Shown here piece after piece: positions 40,930-57,997 of a stretch of DNA of 64,000 bases (position 1 is the stretch's first letter; each line of letters begins with the position of its first letter). The stretch comes from Paramecium tetraurelia. Lineage: Eukaryota. The notes below the pieces were generated by a model that saw only the letters and a list, made by a program, of their open reading frames with translations, was not told the origin of the DNA and did no database searches. Made by a program: the position numbers and the translations under genes. The stretch lies in contig CT868207.1 of assembly GCA_000165425.1 (NCBI GenBank), positions 1 through 64,000 of the forward strand. The letters are read 5' to 3'.

Positions 40930-41887
40930 ATCAGTTATTTAAATCGTCAAAATAGGAATGCTTCAAAGCCTCTTTTGCTTTGATTCTTGCATAAGGATCA
41001 TAAACAATCATCTTAGCAAGTAGATCTAATCCTAATGGACATAAATTTGTAATATCCTTTCACAAAGAAACAGCAGGATTTGTTATGAGTTGGCCATCCT
41101 GGAAACTACTCTTGAATACTAACTCCTGTCCATGTAGACTTCTTTGTAATTCCCATCATCTTAAATATCTTGAATAACTAATCAATCTCGAAATCTCCAC
41201 AAAATAGTGGTCATTTCTGAGCCATGTCAGCAAATATACAACCAAAAGACCATATATCCACTGGAGGAGTTGAGTATTGTTTCTGTCCCAGTAAATTTCT
41301 GAGGCTTTGTACCATAAGGTAATGACTTCATGATATATACTGAATGCTCTTGCCAATCCAAATTCTGTTATTTGAGTGTTTCACTATTTTAAGTCTATCA
41401 AAATATTTTAAGGCTTTAAATCTCTAAGAATAACTCTGTTCTAGTGGCAATTATTTAGTGCTTATAAAATCTAGTGAATAAACTTCTTCACTTAGACTTT
41501 ATCTAACTAACTAAGTTACATTTTCCATGCACTTTTTTAAATCTAAATCCACAAAGACAAAGATAAGTATAATTCTTGATTCATCATAAACTACATCTTT
41601 TAGAAGAACAATATTTGGATTTAGACCTAGTATTTCTAAATATTCTTACTTCTTTCAATAATGAAATCTCTCTAATGGAAGTTAATGGAACTACTTCATC
41701 TTTATGATCCAATCTTATTTTCTTTAATACCACTATTTCCCCAGTTTGATTATTTTTGGCCATATAAACCAAGCCATAGGTTGCTTTACCTATTTTTTCT
41801 GATTTCTAATATCTCTCTTTACTTTATAAAAAATTCATTAATAACAGCGATTCTTTAATTTTCTTATATTGCTATGTATCATCCATT
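40930..41887 (-). pseudogene. Decayed cdc2/CDK gene
   Basis: GKATYG (Gly loop lost), [13 protein letters not shown] (from PSTAIRE), LRDLKPQN, EFGLAR, WYKASE, several frameshifts. Confidence 0.85.
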
Positions 41888-43071
41888 TTGTATTGCTTAT
41901 CTCTAAACAACCAGTGTATAATAAAAAATAATAAATTGCTAAACTAATAAACATGAATTTGATTTTTCGATGATAAATTATCTTCATTATTGTTTCTCTA
42001 ATTATACATTTTATTACTTCTTTTCTATTTCTATCATAACAATTTCATAATGAGATTGCTGTTAATTCCATGAAGTTTTAAGATCATCTCTTTTATGTTA
42101 AAGTACATATTAATAACTTTGCTTATCCAATATGTAATTTCTATCTTTTAAAATAATGCATTATTTTCATTGTATCATTATTATTATCATCCATTAATCT
42201 GTAATAAAATATATTTATAACTTCATTTTTATTAAAGTTTTCTACTTGCGCTTGATTTCATTGCATCATTAATTAATCACAAATTTGTAAGCTAAGATTT
42301 TCAGTCATTTGATACCATTTCACAGATTGCTTATCATTTTATACTTGCAACTGCTATTAAAAAAATGTATTGAATTTCCTTTTTTAGATTAAAATTCAAT
42401 TTAACCATAGTATCTATAAATTTAGTATTCTTAACTTCTACTAATATACCCTCCAAAAATACAGTCAATAAACTCATGGTTTATCAATTAATATATTATA
42501 GAATTCTTATTAGTCTTTGTTTATATGTTTGAAGTCATTAATAAGTTATAACAATAATATTTCCTTTTAAATTAATAGAACTTTTAGACCGATCCATATT
42601 CTAGTCAGCCATCATTTTATTTAGAATAAAAACTTCATTAAATATATAAATTTAATATAAAATAACTCTTAATAAACAATAATGGATTTAACATCATCTC
42701 AATACCTGATTCAGATTAATACTAATGATACTTTTCAATTAATTTAAAATATAATATAATATTGTATATTGTATTTTTCCATGAAATGATTTATTCATTA
42801 AATCCAACAAGAATTTAATGTTCTAATTTACAACTTATTCTCAATTTACTTCTTGTAATAGCATCCTAATCATTGATAAACATTTAAGATTAAATATTTA
42901 TAAACATTTAAGTTAAATATTGATACCAATCTGATCAATATCATGAATGAAATAATAATAAATGTATGAATTACTGCAAATTATCTAAAGGTCTGAGAAA
43001 TAGTCTTTATAATTAGAATCTTAGTATTTATTTATTTTGTTTATATAAAATCAGTTTCAGTTCAATATCAC

Positions 43072-43316
43072 TCATTATTACCTTGCTTGAGCTTTTTCTG
43101 GGTTATTCTAGAGCAAATAGTTAGCTATAAATTCAATGGGATTAGGAGGTCTTAATATTTAAGAAAAACTCACCTCACTTTTGCTACTTCAGTCATGGCC
43201 TGTAGTAGAAGTGGCACTACAGTTTGATCCAAGTAATTTCTAATTGGAAGGGCTTACAATTATTTCATTTTCTAAAAGAATAAACTAGATAATAGTACTT
43301 CCTCTTCACTTGACAT
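43072..43316 (-). CDS. DPY30: Dpy-30 motif protein
   Basis: [39 protein letters not shown]; two introns. Confidence 0.9.
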
Positions 43317-44066
43317 GTATTTTTTATTTGAAATTAAATTAATATCATTTAATTAATGCAAGATTATAATACTATATATTGAAAACTTACAATATATTTG
43401 AAATTTAAACTAAATGAAAAATGTTCAATTCTGCACAATAAATTTCAAACTCAGCGATTTCTCTAATAACCCATTAGTCAACAGATATAATCAAAGAAAA
43501 TGTATTTAAATAAAATACATCTCAATTCATTTTACTATTTACATTGATTTATGCATGATCTAGCAATTGAAATAACTAGCGCGATCTGTGCCAAATTTAT
43601 CTTGATATTTCTGAAACAAAGAAGTTACCGAATTAAATTTATAGCTATTATTCATTTTTTACTTGTTTCAATTTTAATGATGTAGTAATTTATCAATGTT
43701 CTTAATCATAAGCCTAATAATTTTGTCATCTTATTTTAAATACTATTAAAACTAACGAACTCATTCTAAAATTCAATATCAAAAGATATCAATTAACAAA
43801 ATTCTATAATAAATAGTATTTCACTGTAATTTTTAAATTTTAAGACGATTTATGAGTTATCAGATTAAATTTAAATCAAATTTGGATGTTATCTCATATT
43901 CAAAGTGGTCCTACATTTTATAAGGGCAAGAATCCAATCAAGATTCTGCCTCCACTTATAGTTGAGTTCTCTTAGAAGGTAAGCCAATTTAATTTTTGTA
44001 TAGTGCATATCTATGTACAACACCATATTTTAGAATATATATTTAATCATAATTAATTAAAGAACT

Positions 44067-44399
44067 TCATTCAAACTCTTAATGGGTATTGAGCTTATTT
44101 ATTTCCTCAAATAGTTCTTCAAATACCCATGATTGGGATTCAGATATCGCTTGAATTGAAGAAAGCTATTCTTCTACTTCTACGGGATCATTCTGGATTA
44201 ATTCAATGAGTTATTATTCATCTTAACGTTTAGATTTGCGCTTAGTTCTTTTTTTCTTAACTCCTTTATCGGAATGATTTTAGATATATTTTTCACCAAC
44301 TTCGCTAACTACCACCTTTCGAATTTTATTGCATAATTATTCTATAGAGTTAGATGATTCTTCTTGATTTTAAGATGAAACCTTCCTTTTCGATAACAT
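44067..44399 (-). CDS. Small hypothetical protein with basic NLS-like patch
   Basis: MLSKRKVSSQ..KKKRTKRKSKR..QEFE-TGA. Confidence 0.5.
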
Positions 44400-44520
44400 T
44401 CTCTCGTTCTCTCGTATAATAATTATAAATTTAATAAATTACAATAGATTGCTAACTTAATCTAATATAATTAAAATCAAAAAATTAATTTATAATAATT
44501 TAATCACAGAAGGACAGAGC

Positions 44521-47081
44521 TCAATACATCTTTAACACCTTTGAATAAGAATTCAAAATATCGACAATAATTTATGAAAATTGAACATCTTCCCTGCAAA
44601 TCTTAATTCCCTGGCTTTCTGGGAATTTCAGCAATGCTTCATTCAATTCTTTTATTTTTTCACTATTGATAACTAACAATAATTACATGAAGTGAGATTT
44701 GTCATTGCATTTCTTTTAGTCAATCAATAGTAATATCTGCCAAAAGACGATCTTTATCAAATGAACTTGCTTATTCTCAATCAAACTTTTGGTTAACTCC
44801 TTAATATTCATATTAAATAGAGTTTGATTAATTTCATTTAGATTGATTGATTCCTATCGCATAGACAAATAGGCTTATTAAAATATTTCGATCAATTGGA
44901 ATCGATAGAAATATTTAAATAATTTGGATTCTTTTGCACAACTCTTAATTTTTGAATGTAGGTTTTCAAGATTCTTTGCTTGCAATTGTCTCTTTTCAAT
45001 TTAAGACCCTAATCTAATTATGCAGTATTAGTTGACAATCAAACAACTTAGGATAAATACTAGTTATGTTTCATGATATAGGTAAATTGCTGTTTCTAAA
45101 AGGATTTCAGAATTTTAATTTAATAATTACTTCAAATAGACACTCATTTCATCTAACTTCAAGATCAGGATTGTGTGACAATCATTAATCTAATTCATAG
45201 TGTATGATTTTTCCAATTGCTATTAAAATTCTTTTAATGAATTATGTAGATTCTTTTCAAAGAACAAATTGATCATTTCATTGGTAATGTTTAGTAATTC
45301 TTCTTTTCCAAAGATGATTTCGAGGTTATCTCTGACATTTTTTTCATTCAGAACCTACGTAACATGATTAGACTTCTATAATAAGTTAGCAATGGCTTCA
45401 ATATTATAGGAACAAACACTCATTATTAAACAAGAAATAAGAGGATGCTTATTTTATGTGAAATTAACAAGGTTATCAATAACAAACTTTTTTTGCTTTT
45501 CAGCCTAAGCATTTTGCTATGTTTTCATATGCAAATCTGAAAGAACTGTATCTAATATAAAATATTCTACCTATGAAAGACATTGATTTTAGTACTTATA
45601 TAATTCACTCAAAATGTAGTCATATCTTTACAAAATAATATTGATTCTTAGACTTACTGTAGATTGTGGTATGGTTTCATGAAGATCTATAAGTTTCCAA
45701 TGAAAGAAAGCCTTTTTTGATTCTTGTTCAGATCTTTCATAGACCACAAATTAATCAGAACAATGAGTGGTCTTCAATGTTAACCAAATGTAAAAGTCCC
45801 TATCTTTTTGAAATTAGGTTTATTCAAATACATCGTAAGCATCACTCACATCTAATAATAACCAATAACATTATTGCAACAATATATCACAACATTGTTG
45901 TCTTGATTTCTCCTCAACATCATTTTGATTCAGAATTTCTTACTTCTGTAAATCGAAAAAACTTAAGAATTATTAAGCAATCCTTTAATCACTTGATATC
46001 AACCCAGAAAGGATCTTTTAAGCCTCATTAGCTTTTCCGCATCTCATCAATAAAAAGAGGATTCCACTCGGAAAAAACTGCCCTATTTAATACAATTCAG
46101 TGGTTTGTAAATAAGGAAGGTAAAACTCTTTGAATTTTCTATTCAAATTCTATAAGTCCAAATGACCTACTTATTTAAGCATTTCACTCTCTAAATGGGC
46201 TACTGTATTGCGAATTATCTTCTCACTATAATGTAATTGAAATTCGATACCATTTTTGTTATTAATTCAATGTATTTGATATATTCTTAAATTAATCTGC
46301 TAATAATCTCATCTCCACATTATGATTTGTTTCGAAAAGCTCCAGTGTTCTAAACAGCTTCTCATATATTGATAGATCATTCTTGTTTTTGATGAAATTT
46401 GAAAGCACTTAATATAAATGATTATCTATAAATAATTTTTCCAGAATTGCTTCATTATATTAATTTAGCTAAATTTCATGTGACACTAATTTTTCAGTTC
46501 TGTTTGAAGAAGTGAGTATATCTACCAACCTTTCCTTCTGTCTAACTGTTGTCTTCAGTTCGGTTTTGTAAAAGGAATTATATATCTAATTTGATTACTT
46601 GAAGTATTTACTTATTTATTTTTTTAGAACTCTTGTTAAATTTACGAAAAATTTCGAAAATTATCAATTTTAATGCTAGAATGATATTACTCTTATTTTT
46701 TCTTCATCTCTTGATTGATCCTGTCTCCCAACCTTTTAATGTGATCACTCAAATAGTCAACATTGCCTTAATTTAGATGAGATTTTTTGAAGAGGTAATC
46801 CACCTTTAATCCAATATCCTCAATCATAAAGTCTATCTTAAGTATTGCTAATTACTTTATGTTTTCTTGAGCTTAATAGGTAAATCAAAAATGTTTGAGA
46901 TTCTTTTTCTTAGATGATCTGTCTATTATGCTATCAAAGCTAATTCTTAATCCTACGCTTATTTATTTTACTATGTCTAATCTTTATTTTGTGCAATCTA
47001 TTTCAAAACTTAAGATGTCGGCAAATTAGTATTAAAAGTGACACCAATTCCTGCATTCGCCTTATAACTATTTTATTGCAT
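44521..47081 (-). CDS. ~800-aa helical protein, possibly Nup93/Nic96-like nucleoporin
   Basis: Spliced ORF; ILFLLMRCGKANEA and DFYIWLTLK resemble the Nic96 motifs (lRcG...A; EDyLWlkL); family call by eye. Confidence 0.5.
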
Positions 47082-47502
47082 TTTTTATTTTAAATTAATC
47101 AAATAATTTCTTCATTTTATTTATTATCTATACCTAAATTCACAGACATTACTAGATAAATTACTATCCCATTACTTATTCATATTAATTCAACTTTAGA
47201 ATCAAAAACAAGATTAGGACAAGTATAAAGGACTTAATAAGATCGATTAAAAGTACAGTAAGGATATGGTATAATATTATTTTGTACATATTTATGAAGA
47301 ATCTGATAAAATTGGAGTAAATAAAGAAGAAACGAAGATATAATAAATCTTTTGAGATCATGCAGAATAATAAAATTAGCTTGCTATTAGTACTGAAATT
47401 CTGATGCCTTTAAATTAATGCAATTAAGAATATGAAAAGAATTTGTGATACGATATTGATAAATGAAGGGTTTGTTTAATGATTTTGTATATATAATCAG
47501 CA

Positions 47503-47800
47503 TCAAATATATGCAATTACTCCATTAATTTCTTTACAATTTTTAAGTTTTGCTTTGATTCTTAATCTAGAGAATGATAATTCTAATTTACTTTTCTTAA
47601 GATTTGACTTCTTTCCCTTAGAGTGTAACTTTGCTATATTCTGCATCTTCATTAATATTTTCTGGGTTTGTAAAAACATTGGGTATTTTGGTTTCTTTAG
47701 AGTCAAGATAATCGGCATTAATTCTTGGGTCCTTCTGTTAGACAAAGTATCTGACTCTTGAGAATTAGAATGCTTATCTAATGGTCTTTACAATATTCAT
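47503..47800 (-). CDS. Small hypothetical protein, possible mitochondrial presequence
   Basis: MNIVKTIRQAFQFSRVRYF..., one intron, ends GVIAYI-TGA. Confidence 0.55.
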
Positions 47801-47863
47801 AATTAAATTTATACAAATTATGTCAAACTTAATATTGTTGAGATAATATAATTATTAACTTGA

Positions 47864-48445
47864 ATGATTGCAATAGTGTAAACTCCAAGCACGGTGAATT
47901 CAAATAGACAAAGTAAAACAGTAACTTATTGATTGCACCCTAATTAGCCTGGAGAATATAATCACTTCAGGAGAATATTAAAAACAAGGCAGAGATTCCC
48001 ATCAAGTTCCGATTGTAAATTCAGGAAATCTGAAACTGCTCCCTTAAAAAAATAAAGTGCAAATTAAGTAATGGAGAAGAAAGTTCTTCAAACTTTGTAA
48101 GATAGACCCAAGACTCAAACAGATATCCCCGAAAGACCTCCTGAATATTATAACTTATTCAATTTACCCTACAAGAACTACAAATATTAGAGACCTCCTG
48201 GATAAATAAATGTGGAGGAGTATTTAGAAGGAACCTACAAATTAGGGAAAATTATTGGAATTTGGGATAAAAGTTTATTGCATAAGAAATTGAATGTGAA
48301 TAAGTATCTCTTGATTTCATGACCTTAGTCTTCAGATCAAAAGGAGCAATTATACTTCGGATCATCTCATTAAGGCAAGGAAACCATAAGGACCATCGAG
48401 TTGTTTAGAAACTATATATATCGCTAAACTTCAATTGGATAATGA
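47864..48445 (+). CDS. Hypothetical protein
   Basis: MIAIVQTPSTVNSNR, two mini-introns, TGA 48443-48445. Confidence 0.6.
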
Positions 48446-48470
48446 GCAATCTGATGAAACATTAATTAAA

Positions 48471-49310
48471 ATGAAGTCCATGGAGGACAATCTAAAATAA
48501 GATATACAGAGGTATATTGTGGAAGGATCGGCACATCCACTGTAAATCAAATTCCCATCATAATCATACATTTTGAATAGATGGACAAGACAATCAATTG
48601 GCTAAGAATAGCCATAATGCTCAAAATGCGAATTGATCCCAAAATTCACTTTTCAAAAGAATTAAGTTAACAATAGTGTGGAATCATTCAAAAGATCTAT
48701 GATTCAATTTCAGTCATAGGACACTTCTTCATAAGTTACTGAACTGCCATAACCAATGAAATTTTATAAATTTGAGTAAAGTATTATTATTGATAGAGCA
48801 GTCCAAAAATTAATTCAATTTTGCATCTCTACAAAACCAAAGGAATGACAACATTCTGTTTAAGAGAGAGTTTCTTATGTTTAAAGAAACCAATAATAGG
48901 GGATAGACTTTTATTGAGTTTTGATTTGAGTCCTCAGAATAATGATGAGAAGGTCTCTTACAAATAATTTTGCCATTTCATACGAGTCTTCATTCACAAG
49001 AAAGCAAATTTGAAGGAAATGATAGACAGTGTGTTGAATGTAAGTAACTTAAATAATGCTAATAGTTTTATGATCCGGAGAAATAACAAAAAGTTACAAA
49101 TAGAGAATTTATTAATATCAATAGGATACTTTGTGAGTAATTTAAAGAGAAACATCCAACAGTTAAACCGATTTATTAAGAGTTGATCTAAAACTTTAAA
49201 TTGTCGAAAGTAATAAGTGATGAAAATGATACTTATTTTGATTAATAAGCATTTAAACATGTTTTCATATCAAATTAAATGCACATCTAGGATATTATAG
49301 ATTTGATTAG
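48471..49310 (+). CDS. Hypothetical protein with degenerate EF-hand-like C-terminus (model uncertain)
   Basis: MKSMEDNLKQ...; NDEKVSYKQFCHFIRVF and FYDPEKQQKVTNREF; splicing of the middle not fully resolved. Confidence 0.45.
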
Positions 49311-49351
49311 TGATGAGTGATTAATTAATAAATAAATTAATTTTTATAAAC

Positions 49352-50844
<1,493 letters not shown>

Positions 50845-50960
50845 GTTTTATATTTAATATTAAGTAAACATTTTGTATATAGTGAATTCTTATGAAATAA
50901 TTTAAGGTTTATGTATAATACATTTACAAATTACTATTAAAATTAATTATTATACATTTT

Positions 50961-51656
50961 ATGAATACTGCCAAAGTTCGTAATCGAGTTTTGTCTTAAT
51001 AGAAATTAAAAAGTAAGAATTAAAGAATTAACGGCTAATTCAGTGAACCTAATCAATTAAGCACAAGCATTTTATTATAAACACATGAAAAACATTCTTT
51101 TCCAAAAGCCAAACGATTTCCTTCTGTTTCTAGAGAATCATCTCCTAAGATGCTCTTATTGTGTGATACTAAAACAAAAAGATCAACTTCCTTTGGATTT
51201 GGTACAAAGCTGATTAAACCTTTGGACATGGAGAAAAGAGATAAATTAAATCCAGCGCCTGGAGACTATTAACTTAAGATTTCCTAAAATACAAAATCAT
51301 TTTCATTCGGAAATAGGTTTGTCAAGAAACATCGCTAGGAGGTGCCTGGACCAGGGTAATACTAGTATAAGCTGCTATCAAAAACCCCATAATTTAGTAT
51401 GTATGAAAAAATAATGTATGCTTATATAACAATCTTTAGTGATAAATAAGTTTTACCTTAGTAATAAGCATCCTTTGTTACATACAACCCAAAAGAAGCT
51501 ATAACTTTGAATTAACGATTTAATCAGATATCCTTCGGTATAGGAGACAGACCAAAGCAAACTTTAAATGAATAAATTCCTGGGCCAGGTTCCTATTAAT
51601 GCAAATCACTATTTGATTTGATCTGCGAAAAAAGAAAATAAAAGGTCTCTGCTTGA
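50961..51656 (+). CDS. SHIPPO/ODF3-like PGP-repeat protein
   Basis: NPAPGDY, VPGPGQY, IPGPGSY with SFG spacers. Confidence 0.8.
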
Positions 51657-51730
51657 AATATTGACAATGTTACTTTATTTTTTATAATTTCTTTTTTAAA
51701 ATTATTGACACTCAAACATGTAAAAATAAT

Positions 51731-53266
51731 TCACAAATATTTATTTAATCCATTCTATTCAATTAGACTCAAGTACTCATTTCTAATATTTACTCCGATT
51801 TATCCTATAGCATTTTAAGTTCCATTATAAATCCCACAATTATCAAAAACTAACATCATGTCTGCATGAAATTCTCTCAAGGTTTTATATGCATTCACAT
51901 TTAATTTATTCTATTTGATCGTAATATATTTGTACTTTAATAGTTCCAAAATCCATTGGTTTTTTTATAATATCAAAGTAATCTGTAATATTAAATTTCT
52001 ACTGATCCACTGGCTCACGGAATAAGTAGGCCCCTTTAGCTTTCCAAATTTAAGCTTTAATTCATAAATACTAAAAATACCTATTATTTTTTTGGCCTAC
52101 TTTTCCCAAGCTTCGTCTTCTTTGAATTAATTTATCATATTTTCATCAATGAATTCATCTGCATTTAAAATAAGTGATGCTACATCAGGATATTAAATTG
52201 AAAATTATTAAAAACCTCCATTTGTTAATTCTCTTTATTATCCTTTGTCGTCAGTATGCAGAATTTTATATTACTACTTCGGAACTTCCTTTTACTTTTT
52301 CTTATTCTATTTTTATTCCCCCCCTTTAACACTCTCCTCCTTTTTTTGATGAACAACATCCTCCTTTTGCTTTTGCATACTAGCAGTAATGAGATCTACG
52401 ACTTCTTTCTTCTAGGATTGTTTAGCAAAATAAAGAGCTGTTTTCTTTTTATTATCTTGATGATTAACAGGACATCCCGCCTAAATTTTATAATTATTTT
52501 TACCTCTATCAATAATCTACAAGCCTCGTAATGTCCTTTACTTGCTGCATAAAACAAGGCTGTCTAACATGATAAAGTATCCAGATGTGCTACATCACTG
52601 CCCAATTTAATAAATCTAAATGTTTGTTTGCAATGATTACCTTTAAATAATGTCAATTCTATTTTCTCGTGAAGCATAAAATAATGGAGTCTATCCATAG
52701 GAATCAGTATCAGAAATGTTGATTCCTTATGATACTAAAAAATCAAATAGTTTTGTCCTTCCATCTCTGCAAATATAAAAAAGGATGGATTATTTTAGGT
52801 TGTCTTTATAGTTTATGTTTGCTCCTAGTTCACACAAGTACTTCAATATTTGCAATGAAATATCTTCATCTGAACCTACTATAGCAATAAATGTTGAAAT
52901 TTATCGAGTCTATGGATCAATTCGATTCACTAGATCAATATCCTTTTGATACGTAGCTGAGTTTAATAAAACAATGCGCATACTTAATATTTGCCTAACC
53001 TTTTCTATGTTCTAAAAATGTAAGGCTTATCGAAAATCTGCATATATCGCATAAATTTATTCGGATGTGAGCTTTTATATTGGGATTTCTTATTCTATGG
53101 GTTAGAGCAATTATTGAAACTAATTAATGTCTATTTAGTTAATGGTGTTACCTATTTCGGAGGTGATTTGTGAAACAATTGAATTAATCTATGACTGAGT
53201 ATAATTTAAACTTTGCAAAATAGTAACTACTTGATCCGAATTTACCCTCTCATTTATAGCAGCCAT
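51731..53266 (-). CDS. Ankyrin-repeat + C-terminal bromodomain protein
   Basis: QSILFYICRDG, QTPLFYASREN, QTALFYAASKGH; bromodomain FREPVD..DYFDIIKKPMDF..TIKNKL..DMMLVFDNCGIYNG. Confidence 0.9.
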
Positions 53267-53481
53267 TTTAAATCTGGTGAGGGCTGTTTGGACGAAATGT
53301 TAATGATTCATATTCAATAAATTTAATAATGAATGAAATTCCTCCAATAATTAACTTATATTATTGAATTATATATGTTAGTAATATTATATAATTTTAA
53401 TTTTTTAATTATTTTGTATTGAATTGAATTATATTAAAGAAAATCAAATATTTATATATATATTCCAACAAATCAATCATA

Positions 53482-53989
<508 letters not shown>

Positions 53990-54641
53990 TGTTTTTATAA
54001 ATTAGATATAAAATTTAATTTTAATATTAACAATAGGATCCTCGATATTTCTAACAAAACCATTCCTTCTAAAAGAACATAGAATTATTATTCTCTCTAT
54101 TTTTAAAATCCATTCGCATATAATATAGAATCATATATAAATAGCATTTTCTAGAATACTAAATATTTTGATTAAATTTTAACTAAAACTCCACTAAATT
54201 TTAATAATTTGAGTCTGATAATATAATGTAATAAGACCATCTTAATTATTTTAGATATTGCTCTTTAGAATGAAAAAGATTATTTAAATTCTAGTTTATA
54301 TATTCAATCTTTCTTGTTATCGATACGAAAGCAGATAATGAGATGGAAAAATTGTTCAGCTCTCGAACTAAGGCTTGATAATCTGTGAAATTTTTGGATT
54401 AAATTAAGAATTTTGTTGCATAATTTTATATTTAGTATATATATTTTAGCATATTTTACCATTTTTAAATGAAATTTAAATTTTTGTGATGCTGTATAAG
54501 TTCCCTTGAAAAAACTGAATATTTAATTATAAATCTAGTGGGAGATGAAATTTATTTTATCAATAAATTTATTTAACCTTTTCGATGATGAATTATTCAC
54601 CTTTAAGATAAAAGGGATCATATAATGTTGGATAATCTAGG

Positions 54642-56310
54642 ATGTCCTAAGATGCATAGCCCAACCTAAAACAGCAGAACGCATTCACGAATTAACAGCA
54701 ATTAAACACTTCTTAACATTAAGTACAGTAGTCTTATATACTAGAAAATTTAGTCCTAAACCTTGTAGGTAAACACCACTACTCAATAACAAAATGTAGT
54801 TTCTTAATAGTCCTTCCAATCTATTAGATCAGTTAGAGTCAATTAAGTGTCTACGAGATCCATTCATTAATAAGTATTCATAATCTTCAATTTTAGTCTG
54901 AAGCACAAGTATCTACAACCAATGTGATTGTACCTGCTCAATAACAGCCTCTGCAATAATCCTAATAAATTAGACGCGAGGGTCCAAGATCATTAAGAAA
55001 TTATATCACTTCATCTCCTCAAGGCCCCTTATCCCATAAATCCAACAAGAGCTTTTCACTCTCAAGACCTGCATTTGTAGAGTATTACCCTCCAGTGTAT
55101 ATGCCTCATGTTGAACCAATCTACAAACAAACAATCATTGAAAATCCAATTAAAGTAGTCGACTTAGTAAGGTTCGAAGAAATGTGGAGTAAAAGAATGA
55201 GAGGAATAGAGGAAATGCTTGAGACCAAAAACTAAGTAATTGTTTAGTCTGAGAACTTTGAATTAAGAGCATAAAACAATCCTGATAGTTAGACAATTAT
55301 AGATTTATAAAATGAACTTTTTAGAGTGAAAACTTAATTGGAAGAAAGGGAAAGATAAATTTAATTAATGAAGTAGCAATTGTAAAATGCCCGAGATCAA
55401 ATAGAATTTGAAAGCAGTATTAATTCACAATAAATCTTAGAACAAAATAGAAGTGCTTCCAACATATTGACTTCAGAATTGAACATCAAAATTACAAATT
55501 TGCAATAAACTATTTCTAATTTATAAATAGATTTGAAGTCAGTCTAAGAAATGGCAGAAAAGTATAAATTGGAAAACTTTTAATTAAAAGCTGAACTTCA
55601 ATAGAATTCATCTATGTTGAATGGAAAAGATGAAATCATAATGAAATTAAAATAATAATTAAAATCCTCTCTTGATTAATATAATTTAGATGCTTGTAAC
55701 TATTTATTTTAAAATAAGAATCTGGAAAGAACGTTTCCTAGTAAATTATAAATGAGTTACAATTTAAGTTGAACTCCCTTTAGTAGACAATTACCAGCTA
55801 ATAATTGAATCTAAATTCAAAGGATGATTTAATCGAGAAGTTGAGAATGGAAATCAATTAGCTTAGATAAGAGAGATAGCATATGCAAGATTTATGCAAT
55901 TAAAAAGATGATACAATATCAAAATTGCAAATGGAATTAAATGAACTTTATTAACAAGTGGATTAATTGACTGAGGAGATCACAACAACTCAATCAGTCA
56001 AGACCTATGAGGAGGAAGCTAAAATATGGAAATAAAAGTTCAAGGAGTTAAATGATACATATCATGCATGTTAAGAAAAATTAATGGTCAAAGAAGCAGA
56101 ATATGAATCATTGTCTAAATAACATAGTCAACAGAAAATCGTTACTTCAACTACTGTTATCAAGTAAAACAGTTCTCGTAATGTCTTAAATGTAATTATG
56201 TTATTTTATCATAGAATTCCGAATATACACAAAGCAGTTTTACATAAAACAATTTTACGTAAAATGAATTCGATAAATTGTAAACCCTTCAAAAACCACT
56301 TATGATGTGA
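54642..56310 (+). CDS. Coiled-coil protein with P/Q-rich N-terminus
   Basis: Spliced ORF; C-terminal EAKIWKQKFKELNDTYHACQEKLMVKEAEYESL; TGA 56308-56310. Confidence 0.7.
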
Positions 56311-56361
56311 TATTTAATAGTGTTAACATATATGTTATATTTATAAATTGTATAGAAAAAT

Positions 56362-57997
56362 TCATTTTTTATTCTTCTTTGTTGATGTGAAATCTACGTG
56401 AAATAATGCAATTAAATACTTTATCCATCACCCTCCTTAAGAGCTTACTTAGCCATTTCATGGAACTCATTATAATTTAGAAACTTCTAAAAGTCCGAAC
56501 CTTCTTCATTTCCCTAAGATGGTAAGACTGATGATTAGTTCAATTATTATTTTGGCTTAAACTCTTTTGTGGGTATTTCTTCCAATAGTAATCCAGTTAT
56601 AAATTTATTTTAATTTAATCCATCTCTTTTGTATTTGTTCGATTTAAATAATACTAACATATTTATATAGCCTTCCAATTCAGCTAATAATAAACTTAAG
56701 AATTTCACCTAAATATTGATCAATATTAGATTCATTCAATTGAAATCCTCCTTAGAATGTATAGGCTCTAGTTGGATCATGGTTAAACCTAGTTTTGATC
56801 ATTTTTTATAAAATATCCTCTATTATTGGTTGGATCTAAGATAATTTATTACCAAATTAATCAATTTCATCTTATCTATGTATGATATTTGGTATTTTTA
56901 CTTTTAATCAATAATCCTTTGGATATATTTTCTCTTTCTTTCACCATCAGGTGTCGCTGTTAGGATTCTGTCTCTCTCTATATTTTCTTTTTCTTATATT
57001 TCACACTTTTCCTTCAATTCTTAATTAGAATCTTCTAGAGCATCTATTTCTTAATTTAGCACATCAACATATGTCCATAATGAATAGTTCTATTCTTCAC
57101 TTTTGATAAAGTTATTTTTGATTTCCTCAATATCAGTTAATCCAGTAGCTTCTTTAATTTGATTGAATGCTTCATCTATAATTCTCATGTTTCTTTAATA
57201 GGTATCAATCATTTTAACTTTTTCCTTATTGTTGGCAATAATCCTTTAGAGTCTTCGTTTTAACAATGTTCCAGTATCAAAAGTAGAATAATTAGTGGCT
57301 TTGAGTCTATTGGTTTTTGATATTTTGTCTTTTTCATTTTATTTTTCTTATTTCTCTTTTAATTCAGCCTTCAGTTTATCAAACTTTTCCTGAAACTCAC
57401 TTTTGTCAATTTCATTCTTGGTTTTCAAATCGAACATTTGTTATTAGGTAATTTCTAACAATATTTCTTAATATTACAAGCATCATGAACCTTTCTTTGA
57501 GCCTACGATTACGTTGATATCAATCTACTATGAATTTACTCGTGATTCTACTCGATTTCTTTCATGGCTTATAGCAGTTAATTTCGTTCTTTTCGAATGA
57601 TATCAATATTTGATTTCATAATTTCAATATTGGCTACAGACTTACACAATTTTTTATCAAACTAAATTTGGTTTAATGTTTTACTTAATCTATTTAAAAT
57701 TATAGACTTTTAGATTCTGCCTGATCTTTGTTCAAAACCTTTTTAATAGAATCCATTTTCAATTTCTTTACAGATTAGACTTTGCTTTTCACTTCCTCTT
57801 ATAACTATCTGTGCTATTATTCCAAATTAAAAAGCTTTCTAAAATAATGCATCTGTTAAATGAAACCTTCTTTCAATTTCTACTTTTCTGGTGTAATTAT
57901 CAATCTCTCTCTATAATGTAATAATGATTGGTTCATTCAACTAACCTTGTTTTCCATGTGAAAATGATCGGTTAGACACTTTGCTTGAGCGAGGCAT
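56362..57997 (-). CDS. Outer dynein arm docking complex subunit (ODA-DC/CCDC63-CCDC114-like)
   Basis: DEAFNQIKEATGLTDIEEIKNNFIKSEEQNYSLWTYVDVLNQEI signature within a long coiled coil. Confidence 0.75.

Noticed and set aside
41900..43050. Long AT-rich stretch: retained IES or decayed gene
   Set aside because: No definable TA-bounded ends or recognisable protein without a MIC/MAC or paralog comparison
43700..44066. Possible TGA read-through or selenocysteine extension of the 44067-44399 ORF
   Set aside because: The downstream frame has no recognisable motif and no SECIS-like element was identified
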